NCBI GenBank assembly: GCA_043228905.1
Contig: JBHGNT010000013.1
Span: 11,222,001 to 11,286,000, forward strand
Direction: 5' to 3'
Origin: Azolla caroliniana
Lineage: Eukaryota > Plantae > Polypodiophyta
DNA: 64,000 nucleotides
The number at the start of each line of letters is the position of its first letter. Positions within the stretch are counted from its first letter, which is position 1. Below the pieces are notes generated by a model. It was not told the DNA's origin. It did not search any database and saw only the letters and a program-made list of their open reading frames with translations. The position numbers and the translations under genes are program-made. This document shows, one piece after another, positions 36,601 through 49,200 of this stretch.

Positions 36601-38746
36601 CGGCTACAACGATTATATGGCATACCATTATGCTTTTATGATGAAGGTAGCAATACTACGGGAGCTGGAAACCTTTTCTGAAGCCGCAAAGGACCTGCGA
36701 TGGATCGAAGCAATGAATGAGGAGATGCGTGCATTATGCAAGAATGAGAATGGGATCTCATTCCCCACTCACCGCACAAGAAGGCAATTGGCTGCAGATG
36801 GATCTACAAGGTGAAGTATAATGCCGACGGCTCCGTCAACCGCTACAAAGCTCGACTCGTAGCGAAAGGATACACACAAACACATGGAGTCGACTATGAA
36901 GAGAGCTTTGCCCTAGTGGCAAAGATGAAGACGGTGCGGACCATGATTGCACTTGCAGCGGCAAAAGGGTGGCACCTCCACCAAATGGATGTCAAGAACA
37001 CCTTTCTTCAAGGTGAATTAGATGAGGAGGTGTACATGGTACAACCACCCGGCTTCGAATCGTGCATTCATCCAAAACCCGTATACCAACTCAAGAAGCC
37101 TCTCTATGGCCTCAAGCAAGCACCGCATGCTTGGCATTCGAAGATTACGCAATATCTTCACCAAATCGGCTTTCGAATGTTGAAATCCGACAACTCCCTC
37201 TACGTACGACACGAATCTAGAAGCCTAATTATCATCATCCTATATGTGGATGATCTGGTCATTGGAGGTGAAAGTCTAGTCGACATCAACAAGGTGAAGT
37301 GCCTCCTCTCCGGAAAATTCGAGATGACGGACATGAAGGAGCTCCATTACTTCCTTGGCATCGAAGTAATTCGGATTCCAGCCATCATTATGATCTCTCA
37401 ACTGCACTACATTCTCAACTTGTTATACAAGTTCCGGATGACTGAGTGCAAAACGGTCGCTACACCTCTCGATTGAAACCTCAAACTAGATGCTCACTAT
37501 GGCACAGACGAGTGCGAGCCGACCCAATATCGTCAACTGATCGGGAGCCTCATCTATCTCACGATCACTCGACCTGACCTTAGCTATCCAGTCGGACTCC
37601 TCAACCAATTCATGCAAAAACCACGCGACATTCACTTGGATTGTGCTAAGCAAGTATTACGATATGTGAGCGGCACAATGGATTACAACGTTCTCTATGC
37701 ATCGGCCACACCAATACGACTCGAAGGGTACACAGACGCGGACTAGGCAGGCTACAAAGCTGTTCAACGATCTTGGAGTAGTAAGAAGCAGCCTACCATC
37801 GCACTTTCGAGTACGGAGGCCGAATATAGGGGCGCAACCATAGCTGCAGGTGAAGTTGTATGGCTCAAGAGGATTTTGAAGGATCTGGGCATCCCCATCA
37901 AGGATTCGACTCCCATTTACTGCGACAATATGACCAGTATATATCTGGCTCGGAACCCGGTGTTCCGCGCGCGCACAAAGCACATCGAAGTACACTATCA
38001 CTTCATTCGAGAGTGCGTATAGGCCGGAGATGTCGACCTTCAACACGTCAACACGAATCTTCAGACGACCGACATCTTCACCAAAGCCTTAGGAGCCAAC
38101 AAGCTTCAGCAATTCATGTCAGACCTTGGATTGACGATCCCTGACTTGCCAAGCTTGAGGGGGAGTACAAGTGAGAACTGGATATCGTCTGAACTGGGTA
38201 CGAGCCGAAGCGGATACCGGAGATCATCCGAACCGGATACCAACCGAAGCGGACATCAATCGAAATGAACCGACCCGAGTTGAGCTTGAGGGGGCGTGCT
38301 GAGAATCAAGCTCAACATAGCAAAACGTGTGAACACACCTTTTGAGAATCTATGATTACTCAGAAGGTCAAGAGTCACACCACTACTCTCTACACATTAA
38401 CTATGTGTCATAGAATCATATTCTATGACACATAACTAATGAGTTACATATTCCCCATGACTATGAGTCTTCACATTCCCCAAGAGAGAGAGTGGTTGTT
38501 GTAAGTTAATGAAGAGAGAGGGTGACTCTATATAAAGCACCCTCCTCATACTTCATACTAAGTTGGTTGTGACTCCTTATTATGCTACATTTTGTAATTC
38601 TTATTCTACTTGTGAAATATACACCTTCTTCTTGAGTATTCCTTTTTCTATCTATCTTGTGTTCTCTTATCTCTTCTCTTTCCTCTCACACATACACATA
38701 ACACACATCTCTTCCACTACACAAGAATCACCATTGATTCTTTATA
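33674..38746 (+). mobile_element. Ty1/copia element CopC inserted in ChrF LTR
   Basis: TSD GTTCT at 33669-33673 and 38747-38751; 5' LTR 33674-~33955 (truncated); 3' LTR 38297-38746. Confidence 0.92.
33981..38200 (+). pseudogene. gag-pol: CopC gag-pol, degenerate
   Basis: YKMHQYLVGQGYWGY, CGYCGKIGH, WFVDSGASNHM, LYVDDLV, TKHIEVHYHF. Confidence 0.92.
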
Positions 38747-38940
38747 GTTCTCAATAATGCCATGTGCCTCTTTTTATAGTGTGCTTAGGAGTATTCTTGA
38801 CATTTCTAGAATGTTCTAGAGAAATCTACAATATACATGGATTTCCTAAGTGAAATAATCAATGAAAACAATATTTCTCATATTACAATGTATAGCTTAA
38901 TGGTAGGGCTTCAACCCATGTGACATGGGTTCAAATCCTT

Positions 38941-40949
38941 TTGTCCGAAAGTCTTCACATATCGTATCGATAATGGGGGAATCCAATGGAGTGTCAAAAA
39001 CCCACGTTGCTTGCAGTTGTGTTGGTCCCAGATAACTTGCTTTTGATTATCAAATGTTGGATCATCGGGAAGAGGTGCTAGATACGAGTGACGCGATAAT
39101 GCATCTGTCTTCCCTTGATGCTTCCTAGGACGTTATGTAATTTTGAAGTCGAAACAAGTGAGGAATTGGGCCCATCGAGCTTGTCGTGGATTTAATACAC
39201 GAGCATTCTGGAAGTAGGCAAGATTTTTGTAATAACTAAATACGGTGACTTAATGAGAAGATCCCTCTAAAAAATGCCGCCATTGTGCAAAAGAGTCCAC
39301 TATTGCTAGTAGCTCCTTGTCATGTATCTCGTAGTTCATTTCGGTGGCGTCAAACTTGCGCGAGTGGAAAGCCACATGATGTAGTTTTTCATCATCGCCT
39401 TGTGATAGAATGCTACCAAGGACGAAATTCGACGTGTCTACCTCAATGATGAACGGTTTTTTTGGATCAACATGAGCTAGAATAGGAGCTGATGTAAATG
39501 CTTTCTGAAGACTCACAAAAGCCGTGTCCGCTTCCTTAGACAAAAAAACTACTCCCCCTTCTTGGTAAGTTGTGTGAGAGGCAAAATAAGCTTTGAGTAG
39601 TCCTGTATAAACTTGCAGTAGAAATTTTCAAAGCCTAAAAAACATTGCACATCTCATAATGAACGTGGAGTCTACCATTCCACCACATTTTTCACCTTAG
39701 TTGGATCCATAGAGATGCCTTCAAAGGAGATGACATAGCCTAGAAATTCCACCCGGTTGTAGTCAAAACTATATTTTTCCAGTTTTGCATAAAGACCATG
39801 TTCTTGAAGTCATTTTCGTACTAATAGTACATGAGAATCCTGCTCTTCTTGAGTCTTCAAGTAAACTAGTAGCTCATCCAAATAGGTGATCAAACTGATA
39901 TCCAAGAGATTTTGGAATATATCATTTGCCATGTGCTGGAAGACTGCTGGCGCATTGGTGAGACCAAATGGCATAACCGTATACTCGAAATGCCCATATC
40001 GGGTGCGAAAAGCGGTCTTCCATTCATCTCTCGGTTTGATCTGTACAAGGTTATATGCTCCTCGTAAGTCGATCTTTGTGAAGAACTTTGCACCATTAAT
40101 CCATTCTAAAAGACTCGAGATAAGGGGAAGTGCATACCTATTCCTAATGGTGACCTTATTCAAGACATGGTAATTCATGACGAGACGAAGTGATCCATCC
40201 TTTTTCTTGACAAAGAAGATGGGTGTGCCGGCTGGAGATTTTGAATGTCGAATGAACCCATTTGGCAAATTCTCCTCTATGTAGGCTCGAAGGACTTCTA
40301 GCTCGGTTGGTGACAAGTTGTAGATCGGTCCCCATGGTGGCACTTCTCCTGGTTATAAATCAATGGGACAATCAGACGGTCGATGGTGAGGAAGAGTACT
40401 AGCTTGTACCTTATCAAACACGTCGGCATAATGACGATACTTCTCTGGAAGTTGAACTATGGATTCCTCTTTAGTGGTGTTGGAAGGTTTTACTGATATT
40501 GGGAATACAAACATTGTTTCCTTGCGTCCTTCCTCACGCAATTGATGTAGCGAAATGGTTGATATTCAATGAGTAGATCCTCGGGTTTGTCGATACCGGA
40601 TTTGTCTTGTTCTTCTATCTATGTCTGGGTTATGTGATTCAAACCATGGTAACCCCTTGACAATTGGATGCTCTAGACTACTAATTATATTAAATGATAA
40701 TACACATACCAAATTATCTAGAACAACCTGAATCGGCTCTAACTCTTCTATGATATTTCCGGAAGCAATGGGGCGACCATCAATGACTATTACAAATGTT
40801 GGGCAAGGAAGCTTTCTTAGGGATATCTGATGAGCTTGGGCAAAATTCCTATCCATGAAGTAAGAATTGGCTCTGCAATCTAAGAGTGCTAAGACATGTA
40901 TTGGAGGGGTACTTTTAGTACTAACTGTTACTTGAGCTAAGAACACATT
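38941..40949 (-). pseudogene. pol: ChrF protease, RT, RNase H
   Basis: [36 protein letters not shown]. Confidence 0.9.
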
Positions 40950-43900
40950 TGTAAAAGAATACATTGTGCGGAAGTGTGTGCGTAAACTTAGAGTACATAG
41001 TTCGGAGGAATAAGACTGTTAGGTAAAACATAGAAAACGCAGAGATGGAGATGGAGAGGGAGAGACAGAGAGAGAGAGAGACACTATAGATCAAGTTCAA
41101 AATAATTCTCTATTCTGTGTATACATACTTCGTGCTCAGTGAGCACCTTATATACAAGCCTTGACAATGGGGCTAACACAAGTACTGACAGTACTGGAAT
41201 GCTCATAAATGAGCCGACTACACAAACTCCCAAAATTAGTCCCTTACGAGGAATAACGCTCTAACGGCCTCTTCGGTTTTCACACTGATCCGGCCCTATT
41301 TGTGCGTACTTTTTCACGCACCCAGTCTATGCACTGGGTTACGCTGCGTACTTCGCACCGAATGTTGAGCTTGTCTCTCAACACTCCCCCTCAAGCTCAA
41401 CTTGAGGTTCCACTTGCTCCACCGGATCTACGCTCTAGTTCCTTCTGGCTTCATGCCTCGCTCGCGCTCCTCGACCCATTCAATTCCGCGCTCTTCGACC
41501 CTTCCGGTTAGCTTGTTAGCTTGTTTGGCCCTTCTCAGCTCCCTTGCTGTCGCGGTGTTGGTGCGTCCTTCGCTGCCCTTTTCTCTGCATGGCCTTCAAC
41601 TGATTCGGCGTATCCGAATCGAACATTCCGATGGAATCGAACGCTTCCGATTCAATTCTGCTCTCATCCGAATTGGCTGTCTCCAATTCGTCCTGAATCT
41701 TCGGCCCCTGACAACATCCGACCACATCTTAGTCTTGGCCTTATCTCCCCTTGTTTCGGCTGTCCTCGACTTCTTCTCATGCTTACGGGCCTTGCTTCTT
41801 TCTTCGGCTTCTTCAGCCGGTTCGAAGTCAAATTCTCCATCCAACTCGGCATCTCGGTCACTTCCGCCGTGATGCTTACCTCCGCTCCTTTCACGCTCTT
41901 GTCCATGTTCTTCCTTTCTCCCCCTCAAGTTCGGCGTGTCGAGATGACACAACCCAAGCGCACCCGAGAATTGTCGTAACTTGTCGAGACCAAGAGGCTT
42001 GGTGAAGATGTCGGCAACTTGCCGATCCGTCGGAACATGCACTAGTTCAACTTCACCTGAAAGGACCTGCTCGCGGACAAAATGGTAATGCACCTCAATG
42101 TGCTTGGTCCGGGCGTGGAACACGGGGTTTTTCGCAAGGTGGATACTGTTGAGGTTGTCGCAATAGATTGTCGTCGGATCAGACACCTCTACCTACAAAT
42201 CCCGTAATAGCCGTTTCAGCCAAATGACTTCGCACGTAGCGACAGTCGCCCCTCGATATTCGGCCTCCGTGCTCGACAGTGCTACTTTTGGTTGCTTTTT
42301 GCTGCTCCACACGATCTCCGCACTTCCTAATGAGAAGGCGTATCCAGATGTGGATCTACGATCACTAGCGTTTCCGACCCAATCGGCATCTGTGTAGCCG
42401 ACTAACTGTTCGGCTATGCTTGCTCAAGATAGCAACGCCATGTCTTTTGTGCCGCTGACATATTGCAATATCCATTGCGCGCACTAAAAATGTTCGGCCG
42501 TAGGCTGCGACATGAATTCACTGATTAAGCCGTCCGGGTAGCTAAGATCTGGCCGAGTAATTGTCAAATAGATAAGGCTCCCAACAATCTATCGGAACCG
42601 TGTTGGGTCGCACGCCTTGCCCGAATCTGGGCAAAGCTTCACGTTTTTATCCAGAGGGGTCAAGATGGGCTTACAGTTTGCCATCCCGAACATGAAGAGC
42701 ATATTCAACGCGTAATGACGTTGGCTGATCAATATGCCTTCGGGGGTATGAATCACTTCGATCCCGAGGAAGTAATGAAGGTCTCCGAGATCCTTCATTT
42801 CAAACGATGCCGCAAGCTGAGACTTCACGCGGCGGATTTTGTCTAGGTTGGCACCGACGATGACTAAATCATCAACATATAATAGGAGACTAATTGGTCC
42901 GTGTTGACCTTGCCAAACAAATAGCGAAGAGTCTATTTTCGACGTTGTAAACCCATCCTATGCAGCTGTTGCATAATCTTCGCGTTCCAGGCTCGCGAGG
43001 CTTGCTTAAGTCCGTACAATCACTTCTTCAGTCTGCAAACCGCCGAGGTGTTTCGTTCGGATAGAAATCTGGGGGGCTGTATCATGTACACCTGTTCCTC
43101 AAGATCACCTTGCAGGAACGCGTTCTTTGCATCCATTTGATGTAAGTGCCACCCCTTTGTCGCAACTACGGCTAGCAGAACACGGACGGTGGTCATTTTT
43201 GCGATAGGCACAAAGGTCTCATCGTAATCGATGTCGTGTTGTTGCGCATAGCCTTTCGCTACTAAGCGGGCCTTGTATCGATTGACGGAGCCGTCGGTAT
43301 TGTATTTCACTTTATACATCCACCGACATTCGATTGGCTTCACACCCTTTGGTGCGTCAACCAGGTCCCATGTCTCGTTCTGCGTTAAGGCGCACATCTC
43401 TTCCTGCATTGTGGCACGCCAATTTGCGTCCTTCGCCGCTTCTACATAGCTCGCTGACTCACGCACTTCCGCCACTCGCGTTATGTACACATAGTAGTGC
43501 GCCATGTATTCATTATACCCATATCTCTTTACGGGGTTCTTCAGGCGGGTAGATCGGCGTAATTCGTGATTACCCAATTTCACGACCTTTTCGGCTACTA
43601 CTGACCTCTTCTGTGGAGGTTCTTTTTCAGTTTACCAGTAGTCAGACTCACTCCGATCGGACTCGGCGCTACCGAAGTCATATTCCGGCATTTTCTTCTT
43701 GCCTTTTTCCTTGCGCGTAAGCCTTCTCCTCGGCTTCCTGCGCGGGGAATGCACGACCGAGTCTCCACTACTCGATGTCTCCTCATCTGGCTGTCCATCT
43801 CGGCCCAACCCCTCATTCGGCCCGCTTAGCCGAAATGACATCAGTCTCTCTCTCAGAGCTCCGACATCCTCATCATGCGGAGGCATTTCAGCCTCGCTGA

Positions 43901-46119
43901 TTACTTCTTTAGAAATCAGAATGGAGTCACGAGGTTCTGGAGGTGAAGGCAAGTACCACGAAGCGGATTCGTCAAATACAACATCGTGGCTTACACGTAC
44001 TTCCTTTGTTTGGGGGTTATAGCAGTTATACCCCTTTTGCTCGTCTGAATAGCCGACCAAGATACATTTCCCGGCCTTGGCATCTAGCTTCCTCCTCTTC
44101 TCCTTTAGCACGTGCACATACATGATGCTGCTGAAAATCCTCAAGTGTGCCAAATTCGGTTTCTTTCCGAAATACAACTCATGTGGCGACCCTCCTCCAT
44201 TAGCCGAAGTCCGATTCTGCAGGTAGACAGCCGTCTTCACGGCTTCGGCCCAATAGAATTTCGGCATATGCTTCTCTTCAAGCATTGCCTTGGCCGCTTC
44301 TTCAATCATCCGATTCTTCCGCTCGGCTACGCCGTTCTGCTCCGGTGTATATCTACACGAGAATTCGTGTCGAATTCCCTCCTTTTGTAGATAACTTGTG
44401 AATTGGTCGGAGAAGTACTCCTTCCTGCCATTAGACAGTAGGCATTTGATCTTACGCCCTATTTCCCTTTCTACAAGGCTCTTAACCTTCAGGAAACATG
44501 CGAATACTTCGCTCTTCTTCGCGATCGTGCATACTCACGTGTGCCGAGTGAAGTCGTTGATGAAGGTTACAAAGTAACGGTTTCCACCGAGACTCACATT
44601 TTGTGTCGGGCCCCACACATCCAAATGGATCAAATCCAGTGGATTTCGACTACGATTACGCTCATTGGGGAATGGAAGTTGATGTTGTTTTCCCATATGA
44701 CAGGCTTCGCAGACTTGGGCATTACGGCCCCGAAATTTCGGCAATCCGAATACAATGTTCTTCGTCTGCATTTCACGAAACCGTGGGAAATTTACATGGC
44801 CGAACCGCTTGTGCCACAGGTCGATATCCGATTCGACCTTTTGTCCTTTCGCATACAATGCGGTTCCGGCTTGAGTAGTGTCGAGGATAAACATCCTCCC
44901 TTCACGGCACCCTTGTACGATTACTTTGCCTTCCTCTTCTATGAAGCAGCCGAGATGCATGAATCGAACCTGCATTCCCTAGTCGACGATCTGACCGACC
45001 GATAGTAGGTTCTTCGTTATTGTCGGGACGTGTAGCAGGTTCATGAGTTTCCCTTTCTGCCCGATGTGGCTGAGAGGAACTTCGCCGACATGTTTGATGG
45101 TATGCGGAGTGTCATCTCTGGTTTTGACCACTCCTTGTGATTCTGGTTTCTCCAGGTATGAGAACCATTCCTTGTGACTCGTCATATGATTTGATGCTCC
45201 GGAATCAACATACCACACCTCGCTTGATTTCGAGGTGTTCACGGCCATAGAGTTAGCCTTATGCTTCATTACGAAGGTTGGGCCCAATTTGTTTCCGGCT
45301 CGTTCAGAGCCTTCTGCGTAGTGTGATCTCTGACGCATCTCTGTGTCTCTTCGGCTTGATCCAGCTTTGTCCAAATCGGTTCGCTTTTTCCAGCACTCAC
45401 TCTCCTTGTGGCCTTTCTTGCCACAGTACTAGCAATCCGGTGCGGTCTTCTCTTGCTGTCTTCCGGCGCCACCATGACTCCCCCTGCTTGCGGAGGGTTC
45501 GGAATTGCTTCCGGCATCTCTATTATGCCGTACATTCTACTCTTTTCAGCCACCTCCATTGCGCGCCGATTCTCCTCATCCACCACAACCACGGGGCCTA
45601 TCATCCTCCGTGTAAAGCATCTTGCCATTGGCGTGCACACTCATCGACACACCCGCGTAGTTTTCTTCTACAAGCAACATTGACAAGCTCGAAAAACGAA
45701 GGCATAATCTCCCTCGTGCAGACAACCGTTCGGAAAGGTCCGAACTTTGACCCCAAGCCACCAAGACAAACCTGCACCATTTCATCTTCCTCGACGTTCA
45801 CGTTGATGGAGGCGAGAGAGTCACAGATTTCTTTGTATACATACTCTATTCTATGTATACATACTTCGTGCTCCGTGAGCACCTTATATACAAGCCTTGA
45901 CAATCGGGCTAACACAAGTACTGACTGTACTTGAATGCTCATAAATGAGCTGACTACACAAACTCCCAAAATTATTCCCTTACGAGGAATAACGCTCTAA
46001 CGGCCTCTTCGGTTTTCACACCGATGCAGCCCTATTTGTACGTACTTTTTCACGCACCCAGTCTACGCACTGGGTTACGCTGCGTACTTCACACCGAATG
46101 TTGAGCTTGTCTCTCAACA
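40950..46119 (-). mobile_element. Ty1/copia element CopG (Cop1-related)
   Basis: TSD ACATT at 40945-40949 and 46120-46124; 3' LTR 40950-41383; 5' LTR ~45843-46119 joined directly to mid-gag; pol motifs WYVDSGASNHM and TKHIEVHYHFVRE. Confidence 0.93.
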
Positions 46120-46288
46120 ACATTGCTAACTTGCTTAGAGGGAATGGAACCACTAATGGGTTGCACAGATCTAGGGTTGTCCAACCAAACGGCTCCTATT
46201 TTGGCTGAACTTAGTCATTTAACTCTTCTTCTAACTGACTAAGGACTTCAAATTTGTTCGATAGACTTGGGCTATTAGTAGGATTAGG

Positions 46289-49200
46289 TCAGATAGCCGA
46301 GTCAATCAGTTGATTGATTAATTAATATTATTATCAGTTAATAATAACCTATTACCATGTATAAATATGTAGAGTTACGGCAAAGTTTAGAGGTGTGTGT
46401 AGAGCGAGTATAGTAGAGCCACAAAAAAAGGAAGAAGATAAGAGCGGATGTGAGTGAGTGACGAAGAGTTTGGTGAAACTTGCGAAAACCCTAAGTGGGG
46501 ATTTTATGATTCTCAGAGATTTGTAATCTTTCTCTTGTACTTATCTTTTTGGTATAGTGAAATCTGTTGCCCGTGGGTTTTCTCTATTTTAGGGTTTCCA
46601 CATAAAATGTGTGTACATTGTATTTTATTGTTTTTTGTTTTACACCTATTTCAGCATATCTTTCTCGTCCATCTACGATTCAAATCTCTACAAACTGGTA
46701 TTAGAGCTTGAGGTGCTAGAATGGAAGAACGTGTGAGTGGTTTTCCAGGAATGATAGACTTCCTGAATTCACACAACTACTTGAATTGGAAGATCAAGAT
46801 GGAAGATCTTCTAATAGTCAAAGATCTACACGAACCCATAGACAGAAGTGAAATACCCACAGGGGTATTGGAGTTCGAGTGGAAACTCCTAAACAGGACA
46901 ATGGTGGCCACCATCAGACAATGTGTAGACGTGAGTGTTCTACGACATGTGGCTAATGACACAAACGCCTCTGAAATGTGGCACATGGTTGTACGAGAGG
47001 AAAAATGCCCTCAACAAAGCCTCTATGATGAAAAACATCATAAGATTGAAGTACAATGATGGAGAAAGCATAATTGTACACATCAACACTTTCATGGGGT
47101 TTGTAAATCAACTTGTGGCAGCCAATAGGGATCGGCAATGGCTTGGCTCAAGCCTAAACCGTTTGGCTTAGCCGGCTTAAAGCGGTTTAGTGGCTCGGCT
47201 TGGCTCGGTTTAGGCTTGAACTTGCCTTAACGGTTTGAGCTCGGTGTGGCTTGGCTTGAGCCTCGCCAAACCAGCTCAAGCCATTTAGAAACTTGAGAGA
47301 GAGGGGGGAAGAGAGAGAAAGAGAGGGAGGGAGGGAGACAACAGACAAGGGGAAAGAGAGAGAGAGAGAGAGGTTTCCAAAACGTTTACCAAACCGGTTT
47401 AGCCTAAACCGGTTTGTGAACCGATTCAGTTCAGTTCATGTTTGAGATCCCCAAAATGGTTTAGGCTTAGCCGGTTTGTCTTGGATCAGGCCAAACCGGC
47501 TAAGCCTAAAATGAACCGTTGCCGATCCCTAGTAGCCAAGTTTCTCCTAGATGATGCTCTACAAGCCCTATTGCTTCTGTGTACCCTGCAAGACAACTGG
47601 GAGAACCTAGTGGTGTCTCTCAATACCTCGTGCCAAGAAGAAATTGGTCCTTACAAGTGGCAAAGACAAGCATCCTAAACGAGGAGACAAGGAGGAAGGA
47701 CAAGTGTGTTGTGTCCCAGTCGGAGGCAAATGTGGCACAACACCCTGGCAGAGGAAGAAGTAAGAAAAGAAATCCACAGAAGAGAGACAAGTCTCATGCC
47801 AAATCCAAGTCCAGAGGAAATCTCACATGCTTCTACTATGGAAAACCTACAAACTTCTAGAAGGATTGTCAACACCTTATGAAAGACAATGGTGTGTTGA
47901 AGAATGTTGAACCTAGAAAGATTTCTAAGAAGAACGGCACTTCAGTTGTGGCTACAAGTGAAGAAGAGCTCTTTTTCATTTGCGAGCAAGCGAATGTAAA
48001 TCTCACAAATGAAGATTGCATTTGGATGATTGACTCTGGCACATCATTCCATTTATCTCCCTCGAGGGAATGTTTTTCATCTTACACATTCGGTGTCTAT
48101 GGTTGTGTAAAGATGGGCAATCATAATGGAGCATGCAAGATAGCTAGCATTGGAAGTGTATGTCTAGCAATATCGACTGGTTGTAGGTTGTTCCTAAGGG
48201 ATGTTTGACATGTGCCCTATATCAGGCTAAATCTAATATCAATTGGAAGATTGGACGATGAAGGCTATAGTGGTAGTTTTCATAATGGCATGTCGAAGTT
48301 ATGTAAAGGAAGTCTCATAGTGGCCCAAGCACAAAAACAGGGCACATTGTATGTGATGCATGCCAAATTAGCAAGGATGAAGCAAATGTGGCCACCAACT
48401 CAAACGGGGAGTTATGGCATAAGAGTCTTGGTCACATGAGTGAGAGAGGCATGCATATCCTAGCTGACAAGAAATTGCTTCCGAAAGTAAAAGGGGTGGG
48501 TGCACTTCAAGAAATGTGTCGACTGCTAAGTCGGAAAGCAAAATAGAGCTATATTCCACTCAAGACCACCAAAGAGAAGAGAATATGCGCTAGAATTAGT
48601 CCACACAGATTTATGTTACGTGAATGCTCCATCTCATCGTGGTGGAGAATATTTTGTGACATTCCTTGTTGACGACAATAGAAAGTTGTGGGCTTTCGTG
48701 CTGAAGTCAAAAGACCAAGTGTTGTCGTTCTTTAAGAAATTTCAGGCCAGAGTGGAAAGAGAATCTGGAAGAAAGTTGAAGGTTCTCCGAACCGACAATG
48801 GTGGTGAGTACAGAGGACAATTCGAGGAGTATTGCAAGACCCAAGGCATAAAAATCGAGTATACATTGCCTAAGAGCCTTGAAGTAAATGGTTTTTATAG
48901 AGAGGATGAATCAAACAAGAATGGAAAGGGTAAGGAGCATGTTGTCACATGCAAAGCTTCCAAAGTCGTATTGGGCTGAAGCTATGTTGATAGTAGTCTA
49001 TCTGATAAACAAGTCTCCCTTAGTTCCTCTGAAAGTGTTGTCTCACAACGGGCAGGGACAGGTAAAGATGTGTTGTATCAACACTTGAAGGTGTTCGGAT
49101 GCCTATCGTATATGCATGTTGAAAAGGATCAAAGGTCGAAGCTCGACAACAAGTCGAAACCACGCATATTCCTAGGGTACTCAAACGATGAATTTGGTTA

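Larger units (their letters stand above)
33613..46288 (-). mobile_element. Chromovirus ChrF (ChrA-related), split by CopC and CopG; integrase deleted
   Basis: LTR pieces 33613-33673 and 38747-~38940; RH/RT/PR 38941-40949; gag end and frameshift region 46120-46288. Confidence 0.82.
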
